64,000 nucleotides of DNA from Octopus bimaculoides (lineage: Eukaryota): contig NC_068982.1 in the NCBI RefSeq assembly GCF_001194135.2, forward strand, positions 28,564,641-28,628,640, given 5' to 3'. The notes beneath the pieces are model-generated. The model was not told the DNA's origin. It was given only the letters and a program-made list of their open reading frames with translations, and searched no databases. Positions within the stretch are counted from its first letter, which is position 1. Every line of letters starts with the position of its first letter. The translations under genes and the position numbers were made by a program. Below are positions 12,861-25,225 of the stretch, in pieces.

Positions 12861-13824
12861 ACATAGTCGAAGCGGATTTAAATTTAGAATCTTCTATAAC
12901 CGGGTATGTATCACAAAAAGCTTCATGTAGTTATAAAAGTGGAAATTCCCAATGAAAAAAAAAAAAAATATAAAGTTGTTCATAGGAAAGGACCAAAATA
13001 CGTAGTAGTAGATATCAATATTCATACATACAAAAGGGGTTCAAACCTTTATTATTATCGGAATAATAAATTTTAAACATTTATTGCGATTTCAAAAATA
13101 TTCGCGACGTTGGTAAAATTTAGAAATATCAGGGGTGAAAAAATTGAAATTGAACTCAAAAAGAATTTGAACAGGGAAGTGACAAGACAAATAAATATGA
13201 CGTAACATATTGTAGCTATAAGTAAACTGGGAAATATTTTACTGATACCGTTCACAAGGGTATTAATGACGTAAGTGAAGCGAGAGGTTTCCACCCAAGA
13301 ATGAAAATTAGGTCAGAAAATTGACACGATGGAAAATTATCTCAGCTCTACGGGGATCTTCCCAACTAACATGTTAATGCATAACGTGCAGTTTGGCTTG
13401 CTTTTCTCTCTGTTGTTCATGCGAAAAGATAATAGCAATAATTTTAGCATAACAATTTTATAGTGGGAGAATTAATTTCATCGCAACTTTATTTAGCTTT
13501 CTGTACAAATAGAGAGATAACTTCAAAAGTAGTTATTTATTGAAGTATGTTTTTACATTGTACTACATACATTACCGAGTCAGATTAGTTTCTTGCATTT
13601 CCTGTCGATAAGAAATTCGAAAATTACTCTCAGAAAATACGAATATCATAGTACAAAAGCATCGTACTTCGCAGTGCATATTTAACGGAAGAGAATGTAC
13701 AACTTATCTTGCTGTTGAAACACGTTAAAGTAGAGTGTGTCTGTGTGTATATGTATGCATTTATACTTGTATATACGTATATATATATATACATAATATA
13801 TATATCCACACGCATAAGCGTATA

Positions 13825-14040
13825 TACGTGGGGGTCCTGAGGAGTTCCTGGATTTGGGTAAAAGAAAATAGAGGAGGATGAGTTAATTATGATTTTATTC
13901 AACATATTCCCTTCAGATTCACTTATTGCAGCAGTCCTTCAGTTTTTCTAAGCCTGTAAAAGCACTCGGAAGTTTGGGTCCCACCAATCAGACCTTTCGC
14001 AAGACATTTAAAGTCAGTAAATTTTCAGCAACCCCTCGTA
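13825..14040 (-). mobile_element. Tc1/mariner-type MITE, homologous to 40370-40572 in opposite orientation
   Basis: TA-flanked ends tacgtgggggtcctgaggagttcctgg... and ...ttttcagcaacccctcgta. The internal sequence is the reverse complement of the 40370 copy. Confidence 0.85.
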
Positions 14041-14042
14041 TA

Positions 14043-14088
<46 letters not shown>

Positions 14089-14667
14089 CCACACCCACAT
14101 TCTAATGTACATCTTTTAACTGTGTGTGTTTAAGCGAGTCAACATTTACGATTAAGCTAACCTGCATTGTAATTATATTATGTCCATCTATGTCTTGTAC
14201 AATAGCAGCTCGATAAAATAGCGATGATAAAATAAATAGCAAACTTGAAATGCTGGCATAGCATGGTTGCATTCAAATGACGAAAAAAACCGGTCACAGA
14301 AAAAATGTATAAACATGTATATATGTACATAGTTTTACATACATATATAAATATGTGTGTGTGACGATATACATGTGTGAGCGTATCTAGATGTGAGTTT
14401 GTGTAGATGTATGATTATGTATGTATGTGTGTCTCTGTGTACGTGTGTGTATACATTTAAGAATGTACACGTGGTCGAATGTGACAAAGAATTTGACTTC
14501 GCAACCACTTGGTTCCAGGTTCGTTTTCAGTGCTATTACCATTGGATTTGGGTAGATGTCTTCCGTCTTTGACCTGGATTTGCCTTTTATCTGCGGATGG
14601 TATTTCGTAAATTTAAGTCGTTTGAACGTTTGCAAATATGGATACGGACACACACATACGAACACAT

Positions 14668-14699
<32 letters not shown>

Positions 14700-15487
14700 C
14701 CACACACATACACACAAATTATTAGTTACTCAAGAACGTGCGTATATATATATATATATATATATATATNNNNNNNNNNNNNNNNNNNNNNNNNNNNNNN
14801 NNNNNNNNNNNNNNNNNNNNNNNNNNNNNNNNNNNNNNNNNNNNNNNNNNNNNNNNNNNNNNNNNNNNNNNNNNNNNNNNNNNNNNNNNNNNNNNNNNNN
14901 NNNNNNNNNNNNNNNNNNNNNNNNNNNNNNNNNNNNNNNNNNNNNNNNNNNNNNNNNNNNNNNNNNNNNNNNNNNNNNNNNNNNNNNNNNNNNNNNNNNN
15001 NNNNNNNNNNNNNNNNNNNNNNNNNNNNNNNNNNNNNNNNNNNNNNNNNNNNNNNNNNNNNNNNNNNNNNNNNNNNNNNNNNNNNNNNNNNNNNNNNNNN
15101 NNNNNNNNNNNNNNNNNNNNNNNNNNNNNNNNNNNNNNNNNNNNNNNNNNNNNNNNNNNNNNNNNNNNNNNNNNCTAAACTACAAATTTTTCTCTAAACG
15201 GATGGCGATATTTATGGCACACATAGAACAAAAACCGGAGGGAAAGGCACAAACAAAACAAGTCTTTAGTTAATCGGATACGATCGTTTCATGGTTAAGA
15301 GAATGAAAATTTCTCTATTCCAAATCTTCAGTCCGATATTCTGATAAATTTGAAAGTGTCTCTAAAAAAATTCACGGTAATTTTTGGCCATGCGACACCA
15401 AAAATCAACGATAAGAAAGTCACTTACGAATTCATCGGCTAGTGAGTTCAGGCATCCCACCTCAAAGAAATCTATTCCATGTGCGTC

Positions 15488-15524
<37 letters not shown>

Positions 15525-15889
15525 TATACAGGTACGAGACGACACCAACGGTGAAAATAACATGAAATACGTAAACAACAAGAAAAATAAGAAAAACAAG
15601 GAAAAATAGGGCAAGTTAAAACAGAGAATGGACCCTTTATCAGCTGTTGGCTGTCAATCTACTCCTCATTTCGAGCATTCAACGTCAATATGAATCTTCA
15701 AAGACAGTTACTCTCATAAATTCTGAAATAAAAATCAGAATTTATGGATGGTCAAAGTTGAGAAACAAAAAATGACAGTAGAGATATACAAGGAAACCGA
15801 ACGAAAACAAAAATGGAGGGTCGTTAGATCAGAACGAGGGGAAAGTAGTGAATACTGGGGAAAGCATTTTTTTTTTAATGAGAAAATAT

Positions 15890-15935
<46 letters not shown>

Positions 15936-16048
15936 NNNNNNNNNNNNNNNNNNNNNNNNNNNNNNNNNNNNNNNNNNNNNNNNNNNNNNNNNNNNNNNNN
16001 NNNNNNNNNNNNNNNNNNNNNNNNNNNNNNNNNNNNNNNNNNNNNNNN

Positions 16049-16103
<55 letters not shown>

Positions 16104-17696
16104 CATCAGTCCGTTTAAACGATCGTGCAGGGAAAGAAAGATAGTCACGTGAGGAAAAGAAATATGGATGATAGTCACGTGTGAGCAACGAGAGAGAGAA
16201 AGATAGAAAGAGGAGAAGAGAGAGAAAACAAACAGATAAAAATAGATGGGAATATATTAATACCAACCATCTTTATATGTGTGCAGTGTTCCCCAATGTC
16301 TCCGTGACTATATGACGCTCCTCTCTGTGTTGGATTATTGCGGCCACTGCCCTTTCGAAATCTATATTCATGGCCATCGCTATAAATAAGTAGGCTAGGA
16401 TTTTGCATTAAATGTAAAGTCATTTGTCATTAGTTGCTCCTGTAAATGTCTTACACAGGTGTTTTTCTCTTTCTTGTCAATAAAATAATTAAAAAGTGAA
16501 CTATCTATCTATCTATCTATACTGGAAACCAGTAATATTACATGAAAATATTACTAACAAGTAGAAAAGTATAGATAATCAGACGAAGCGATGCATTAGT
16601 CTGAAAATACCATGAAGTTCAGTAATTGCCAACAAAAAATAAAAAGGTAAATATAATAAAAATACAAAAATAAAATAACAAAGATATTTACATTTTTCTC
16701 TGCCTTAATTTTCCTTCTATTTGTCTTTCCGTTATTCTTTTTTTTTTCCTATTTTTCTTTCTTTCCTTCTTCCTGTTCTTTCTCTCCCTTTCTATTTAAC
16801 ATTTTCTTGTCTCTTAGTTCTCTTTTAAACAACTACCTACCTACACAAACGCACGCACACANNNNNNNNNNNNNNNNNNNNNNNNNNNNNNNNNNNNNNN
16901 NNNNNNNNNNNNNNNNNNNNNNNNNNNNNNNNNNNNNNNNNNNNNNNNNNNNNNNNNNNNNNNNNNNNNNNNNNNNNNNNNNNNNNNNNNNNNNNNNNNN
17001 NNNNNNNNNNNNNNNNTATATATATATATATATATATATATATGCATACGCGTGTATGTAACTACCTTCGTTTCTTTCTTTCCTTCTCTAATTAACCCCT
17101 GTCTTTCTTTCTCTTGACGGTGCCTGTCATATGAATTTCCTCTGAGAGATTCACATCTTAACGATTGCTTTCCTAGATGATACAACACAATCACTCAGAT
17201 TGTTTGCCAAGAAAGTCATACATTCCATAATGTTAGCAGGCCGACACGTTTCTTAACTTACCACTGACAACAACAGTTATTAGCAGCAAACTCGGTTGCA
17301 ATTAGCAACATCGAAGCAACAATTAGGAAAATTGTGTTGGCAGCAATCAGCAAATATAACCACAGTAAACAACCATAGTTTCGACAGTAATAATAATAAC
17401 AATAGCAAACGATAGGATATACACGTTTGGTATTTCGTTTCTTTAGAAATTTACTTCCGTAGTAGAGGATTCGATCTTACAGCGGAGCACCATAATCATG
17501 TGAATGAAATTTAGTAGTGAGAACGTGTACAGAAGCTCATTGGTTACATAAATTAATACATACATACGTGTATGCAAAGATAGATGCATACATGTATATA
17601 TACATGCATGCATACGCACACACACACATACATACATACATACATACATACACGTATGCATGCATGCATACATACATACATACATATATACATACG

Positions 17697-18622
17697 TAGG
17701 TATGGACCAACAATCGGATTACTAACTCCCAATTTGAAGGGTATGCGTTTGCAATTCAGGAACAGGAGATATTTACCAAATATCTGATGCACGAAAGGGA
17801 TAGAACTGCAAGCAAAACGCCAAAATATGATAACCGATGCAGACTTCGTGGAGTTGACACCGAAGATATCATCCACATCATAAGCAGTTGTCCGAAAGTA
17901 TCATCACAGTATTATTTACTGATCAAACATGATGCTGTAGCTAAGAGAATCATGACGCCAAAGAAATAAGAGCCCACAGTATGGTAGAAGTCATAGCTAC
18001 TCATTAAGGTGTGCTGTTGAAATGTCCCGGTGAAAACCTTAATAAAATGTAAACATAATAGACCTGACATAGTGATTTGGGATCGTGTATGCAAAGATAC
18101 ATACATACGTACATACATACATGCATCCCAGCTGATGTTAACATAAAGCTAAAGATCAGCGAAAAGAAAATAGCTACGTTGAACTATTGAGAAATCTACA
18201 ATAATTCTACCCAGATGACAAGTTCAGGTTTATACACGTAATTATTGGGTCACTGGGATATGTAACACGCCACCTAAATACCAATCTTGAGAAATTAGGC
18301 TTTTCAAAACCAGAAAGGAGGAAGCTGGTTCGAAGACTACAGATCCAAGACATCACTGGAACTGTAAACTCTGTAAAACTTTCCAGAAGTATTTAAGTAT
18401 ATATGTGCATGTCTAGACATGCAACTATATGCATGAGAATACACACATAAGACAAAGCATTCAAATCTGCACATGCACTGACTCCAAATACTGAACATAT
18501 ACACTAATACATGCAAAAATACCCTTCTGATGTTGTTGAAATTCCAATGAAAGAGTCTTAGATCTAGGTTAGAAACCAGCTCATTCTCTATTGGCAAGAA
18601 ATCTTGAAATAAAACTGAATGA
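17697..18622 (+). mobile_element. Degenerate 5'-truncated RLE-type non-LTR retrotransposon, a second family, associated with (CATA)n
   Basis: SQFEGYAFAIQEQEIFTKYL...CRLRGVDTEDIIHIISSCPK...KHDAVA (CCHC remnant), then HNRPDIVIWD...PADVNIKLKISEK and IIGSLG. Frameshifts and stops present. The 5' flank is (CATA)n; the 3' limit is approximate. Confidence 0.85.
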
Positions 18623-19333
18623 CACACACAGTGTACGTGTGTATGTGTGTGTATTCGTGTTGTTATGTGTCCGAGCTATTGCTGAAGGGTAATCGCTTGT
18701 ATAGAGATGGAATATTATATGTAGTGCTTTGTTATTTTACCTATTAAGTACACCGATCGAGTTAAAAAAATACATCAATACTTTTAGTATTGATGTATTT
18801 TTTTAGTATACTACCTTCGTTCTAACCGACAAATCTGCATAAACTTATAAAAAGTTTCTAGAAAATATCAACTTTAATCCAATACAACGTTTATCAGTTA
18901 CAAAATTTATAAAAAGCAATGATTAAAGCCTGTAATCAGACTTCCTACTCAAATAACAAGGATTTTTTTCTTTTTACATTTCTTAATGCATGTTGTTTAC
19001 TAGTTAAATTTATAGCTTAAAGTAACAAACGAATTGAGAATTTACTCCAAGTGTTCCATCATATACTACATTCACTAACATATGTACCTGTCCTTATATT
19101 CATAATATCATTTCATAAATCATGCGACAGTGATATAACTACTGAAGAGCAAGCTGTCCTGATCGGAAGCTAGCACGTTAACTACTACAGTTTCCACATG
19201 AAATGTGGTATATATATCACGTAGTTGTAAAGATTTATCTGTACTAACAATTTCGTTGAAGTTTGGCACAGAAGTTTAGAGGAGCAACAAACAGCCTATA
19301 ACACATCCAACTATTTGAAAGTTCATAGAATAT

Positions 19334-19586
19334 GGAGCGCGTTGCTTAGTGGTTAGGACCGTTGGACTGATGATCGTAAGAATGGGGTTTTGATTCCTGG
19401 ACCGGATGACGCGTTGTGTTCTTGTTCAAAACACTTCATTTCACATTGCTCCAGTCCACTAAGCTGGTAAAAATGAGTAATCCGACGACGGACCGGCGTC
19501 CGTCTAGGTGGGCAATATATACGACGATGAAAACGGGATACCGGCCCTATAAGTCTATATGAACCGGGAAGGATCTCTATACTTTT
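19334..19586 (+). mobile_element. tRNA-derived SINE with a head related to family C and a distinct central domain and tail
   Basis: ggagcgcgttgcttagtggttagg...ggttttgattcctggacc head, followed by gtgttcttgttcaaaacacttcatttcacattgctccagtccac. Confidence 0.7.
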
Positions 19587-21269
19587 TATCTATAGAATGC
19601 ACTGGATGAAATCATGCTTTAAACAATAAAATATTGCTCGTTAAGAGCTTCTATTAAAGGACAAAAGAAAAATTACTTTGATGAAAGAATAAAACTTATG
19701 AATTACAAATGTAATGAGTCTGTTACATGTAAGATGCTTAGCTCAACATTTTATTTTAGAAATCCGTTTAAAGTTTTATCAATGATTTCATTTTTAAAAA
19801 TTTATCTTATATTTTTAAACCCTTTATTAAAATCTAGATATCGATTAATATGTGGCATATATATTAATTGATCAATTACTTCTGTGTCAATTTCTTAATC
19901 GGTGAATTAGTTGACATCAGTAAATTGAAGTCGGTGAGATATCCTATAGGTCGTATAAGCAGTATAAAGAAAGAGTTAAAACTCTGTAATACGAAAGATC
20001 TTATCATGTATAGAGTAGCTCCTACGAATATTTCACTCAGCTCAAAGTTATTTATTTGTCTCCTTTATGATTACCTCTCTCAACTCCCTACATTACAGAA
20101 GGTTAATGAAGGACCCAGTCTGCACGAAATAGCTGCAAAATCTTCTTCAGGTTGCATGGTGCCGCTATAAAAAATCCTTAGATTGGTATATTCCAAGTTT
20201 TTTACCTTAACTTTGGCTACCATCATTATCTATTTGCTGAGAAGAAAAGGTGTTTGCAACTTGATAAATGTCTTAGATCAATATTTACTTATATTAACTG
20301 GACTGTCTCACTTGTAGTCTGTACGAGGAAATTCTGCATGTAAATGTACACAGCATGGGACTTCATTTAACAAATGTATTGAATGTATGAGACAATGTAT
20401 CTGCGAATCGTAGCTAATCGTAGAACGACTATGCGCATGCCTTAATTTCCCGGATCATATAGAAAATATAGAAAATATCATGCAAAACAAAACAAAAGAG
20501 ATAAAGAGGTAAAGAAAAAAAAACAAACAATTTTTATTAAGAATTTACTATCTGTACAATCTTCCAGATTTGTTAATGCCTATAAACACATTCACTGATT
20601 ATTGTTTGTTTATATTCTTTGTTTTTCTGCAGATTTCCCACCACCCAATGTCTATGGCCGTTTCACTGAGTATAGATTTTCAAATGATCTAGGTTTTCTG
20701 TTTCTTGCCTCACATTACATTTCTATAGCAAACGTGTGACCAGACGACATTTTTATTTTGTTTATTACATTTTGCTCCCTTTGTTGCCAGGATAGGAACA
20801 TATATGTTCTTGCATATGTGCGTATGTGGTAGTTAACATTAGTTAATTTTAATCTTATTGTATACTCATTCTTGTATTACTTTAGTGGTGTTGGGTTGTA
20901 GTTAAGAGGACGTTGTTAAACCACATTCGTACTTCCAAAATTTACTATTCAACTGCGTATATGTTATCTGCTATCTTTACTTCTTTAGACTTTGTATCTT
21001 AAATAAAATGTACGTCACTCGACAATTCTCATTATTGCTAACTTATTTTCTATTCTTACCTTACTTCACTAAACATGGCTTTTCTTATTTTACTAAAAGT
21101 TATTATATTTGAAATATTTCCACAAGCATGCTATTTTTTTTTCAATTATACATACAAAGAATTTACAATTTTATTTCTCCTCTACTTCATGAAATGATTA
21201 AAAAAATTTCTTGGGCTATACATTGCACGGAAAAACTTATAATCTTGATGAAAGAGTAACTGTATATTT

Positions 21270-21560
21270 AGCCTCCATGCGAGTAGAGAAAAGATCTTAA
21301 TAACGTCAAGAAAACGCGAGGTTATCCCGATGATTTATTTAAGCGTCTGGTGCATACAGAAAGACGTCTATTTGGCATGAACACCGCAAAGAAACTCACG
21401 CTTCCACACGCAGCCAGCAAAGGATCAGCTATGTGGTTGCCTGATATTTTAGAAATAGCCGCCAGATCTGCTTCAAATCTTACTTTGCTATGGTACAAAA
21501 AGAAGAAAGGACATTATAGTCCTTTATATACTCTGTCTAATTAAGTGACTAGAACAGCCT
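21270..21560 (+). mobile_element. Possible Penelope-like element remnant (region between RT and GIY-YIG)
   Basis: Frame reads DLNNVKKTRGYPDDLFKRLVH...KKLTLPHA, loosely resembling the NGYP...LKLPY segment of PLE proteins. The motif match is weak. Confidence 0.3.
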
Positions 21561-21965
21561 TAATCATAGATTGCTTAAATAAGGTTGATCTGAGTCTAAA
21601 CAAGAACAAAATACCACAACAATATGACATGTCGAGATTCATATAAATATGGATTTGTCACGGAAGGACGGGGTCATACAATTTTGGGATAAATAACCGT
21701 AAGATCAATCAGTGATAAGTGCTTTTTTTCTCGAAACCAGAAAGAGGAATAGAGTAAATCGATAACATTTTTACTTCAACTCGGCATGTAAAAAGGTGCA
21801 AAGGTGCTACTCTTCTTTCTCTGTTAGCGGGGTGGAGGGATGAAACAAGTTCCACGACCTTAGGGGGTGATATTTGGGTTGGTATATACCATTAAGAAAT
21901 CAACTGTGTATTTTTATAATGCTTATACCTTAATTTATCACGGATGTTAGGTTCCAAAAGAAAAG

Positions 21966-22019
<54 letters not shown>

Positions 22020-22842
22020 CAAAAACACTGTATTAAATAAATCATGAATAGCAGAACATACAGGAAAAATAGATTTCGTTCCGAAACCTCCTGATGTTTT
22101 GAGCTTTGTGGTTGGTCACTGGGGCACGCTTTTACAGTCCAAGTAGTATCTTTCATTGATTGCCCACCCGTGTTATCAAAGACCAATTCCTAATATACGT
22201 AGCATGTAACATTTGAGCGTACTCTGTTATCGCGGATCTATCCCGAAAGAATCAGGGATAAACAAGGATATGTGTATTAATCAAATTCGCTAAGAATCCA
22301 TCAAACACAATTCCAGACATCCTCCGTTTTAGTGGATGATTTGCTTAATTCTGGATAATAGAATGAGCCTTACCTTAATGTTTCTGATATTCTAATTAAT
22401 TGCATGATATATAGTAGATATGAAGACGGGGAAAACTCAGAAAATATTACGTCTCTGCTGATTTACTATTAGTAGTACTGCATAGTAGTTATTGCTCTTA
22501 CTACAAACCAACAGTGATAATTATCTGAAAACACCGGCAGCCGGAGGATTCACTAGAGATTTAACTGGGGAAAACGGAGACAGCACGAATTCTTCGTTAA
22601 TAGGTTATAATGCCTTGGCTATCTGATAAAGCATCAGGAAACGGAAATGACGTCTCGTGACACGTGTTAGAAAGCTCCGGAAAATTGTACAATTTGATAA
22701 GACACATTTAAAAAGCCGACTTAGCTGAAACTTTTAGACGTTCTACTAGAATACGTTTTAGAAAATTAAACATTCTTTGAGCATATACATACACACATCT
22801 CCGTGTCTATCAGTCTGTCACCGTCTGTCTGTCTGCCTGTCC

Positions 22843-22929
<87 letters not shown>

Positions 22930-22970
22930 CATCCATCCATCCATCCATCCATCCATCCATCCATCCATCC

Positions 22971-23007
<37 letters not shown>

Positions 23008-23623
23008 AGTACAGTCGTGTATGAATGAGCGCGCGTGCGGTGTATGTTTTATCGTATTTTTCTCTCCCATTCTTATTCTCTCCACTTCGGCTACTTCAGC
23101 CGCACTGTTAGTATATCTCTTTTACGATTTGCTGCATATATTCAGACACATCAAATGTTTCTTGCATACATACAGATATATGTCTAATTGTCCCAGTCAA
23201 TAACTATTATCATGAATCCGTTAACTGTCATTTGATTCCATTATCACAGACTTGGTTTTGGCGCCAGTAAGATTGATAATATCCTTTGTCACATGAAACC
23301 CTTGCTCAGATGTAAAAGAGCACAAATGAAAGTGTATGACTTTGTTTTTATTCGCTATTTTTGGCAAATCCGATTGCTTACTCTTGGCGCACTCGTCGTT
23401 CGACACAAAGTTGCTAAAATCTACTTTTCTCTAATTAAACAGTTGTTTGCTTAACAGAAAATAATTGTTACAGGCTTCTTTGACACTTCCAGCTCTCGTA
23501 CTGACACATGCATACTCTCACCCACATACTACAACTAACGTACACACACACAAACACAGACAGACAGACACACATACACACACAGACACACACACACTTA
23601 TATATTTATTTATTTTATTTACA

Positions 23624-23820
23624 GGCGGAGTTCAGGCAGAATCGTTACCACGCCGGGCAAAATGTTTAGAGGTATTTCGTCCTGAGTTCAAATTCAGCCG
23701 AGGATGACTTTGCCTTTTATCATTTCAGCGTCGATAAAATAAGTACCAGTGAAGTACTGGAGCCGATGTAATCAACATATTCTCCCGCAGATTGCTGGCA
23801 TTGTGCCAAAATTTGAAAAC
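23624..23820 (+). mobile_element. SINE family A, variant 3' end (gctggcattgtgccaaaatttgaaaac)
   Basis: ggcggagttcaggcagaatcgttaccacgccgggc...gagttcaaattcagccgagg. Confidence 0.82.
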
Positions 23821-23845
23821 TACACATATATGTGTGTTTGTGTGT

Positions 23846-24253
23846 GGCGTGGCTGTGTGGTAAGAAGTTTGCTTTCCAGCCACATGGTTCCGAGTTCAGA
23901 CCCACAGCGTGTCCCCTTCGGCAAGTGTTTCCTACTATAGACTCGGGTTGACCAAAGCCTTGTGAGTGGACTTAATTGGAGGAAACTGAAAGAAGTCTCT
24001 CCTATATGTATGCATATGTATCTATGTCTGCGTGTGTCTTTCTGTCTGTGTTTGTCCCCACCACCTCTTGAGAACGGCTGTTGGTGGGTTTACATCCCCG
24101 TAACTTACCGGGTCTGTAAAAGAGTGTGATAGAATAACTACAGTGCTTAAAAAATAAGCATGGGAGTCCATTCATTCGACTAAAAGTTCAAGGTGGTGCC
24201 CCAGCATGGCCGCAGTCTAATGACTGAAACAAGTAAAATATAAAAGGTAAAAG
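23846..24253 (+). mobile_element. tRNA-derived SINE family B, near full length
   Basis: Head ggcgtggctgtgtggtaagaagtttgc...ggttccgagttcagaccc, internal (gt/at)n linker, 3' end ggtggtgccccagcatggccgcagtc...ctgaaacaagtaaaa. Confidence 0.85.
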
Positions 24254-24309
24254 ATATATATACAAATGTACGTATGTTTGCGTTAATGTAGTGTGATGTG
24301 TGTGTGTAT

Positions 24310-24788
24310 ATAAGAAGATTGACTCCATGCAAAAGATGGGCTACTGGAAGAGGCTAAAAGTGTTGAGTCTATATTCCCCGGAGAGAAGACGAGAGACATA
24401 TGCGATGATATATATTTGGAAGATCTTGGAGGGTTTTGCTCCCAATTTTGGAATTGACAAGTATACCAATCCTCGAACTGGACGGCACTGCATCATACCA
24501 AAGATCCCATCTCCATCTAAAATAAGCACACAGTACTGCAATTGTCGGTTTCCACGGCCCGCAATTGTTCAACATCTTTCCAGGCAGCCTTAGAGATCTA
24601 CAAGGAACGTCTGGAAAGGTTTCTCGCTAAGATACCAGATGAACCAACATCGCAGCAGGAGACACAAAGAAGAACAACTCCACCCAACTCGCTACTTCAC
24701 AAAAAACAATACTGGAAACAACAACGAGTATCTACTGGTGGTGCACCAGCATGACCTCAGCCCTGGGCTGAAACCAGTAAAAGATAAA

Positions 24789-24790
<2 letters not shown>
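24310..24790 (+). mobile_element. 3' end of a CR1/L2-like LINE (RT C-terminus plus 3' UTR)
   Basis: YWKRLKVLSLYSPERRRETYAMIYIWKILEG...GRHC...YKERLERFLAKIPDEP, frameshifted. Ends aaaagataaaag followed by (AT)n. Confidence 0.85.
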
Positions 24791-24829
<39 letters not shown>

Positions 24830-24843
24830 TTTCGCTTAGACAT

Positions 24844-25159
24844 TGCGAGACAATGAACTGTTGTAGAACCATACGTCTCATTACACTCCAACTAATGTTG
24901 TTTATATATATATANNNNNNNNNNNNNNNNNNNNNNNNNNNNNNNNNNNNNNNNNNNNNNNNNNNNNNNNNNNNNNNNNNNNNNNNNNNNNNNNNNNNNN
25001 NNNNNNNNNNNNNNNNNNNNNNNNNNNNNNNNNNNNNNNNNNNNNNNNNNNNNNNNNNNNNNNNNNNNNNNNNNNNNNATATATATGTATATATAAATCA
25101 ACAGCGTTAGTTGGAGTGTAATGAGATGTATGATTCTACACCAGTTCATTAGTATCGCA
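24844..25159. repeat. Fold-back with arms of about 60 bp around a (TA)n/gap centre
   Basis: 24844-24903 versus the reverse complement of 25099-25159 shows about 7 differences. Confidence 0.88.
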
Positions 25160-25190
25160 ATGTCTATGTATGTCTATATATGTATGTCTC

Positions 25191-25225
<35 letters not shown>

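Noticed and set aside
16287-16388. Plus-strand exon VPQCLRDYMTLLSVLDYCGHCPFEIYIHGHRYK*
   Set aside because: Weak acceptor, no compatible partner exon and no recognisable domain.
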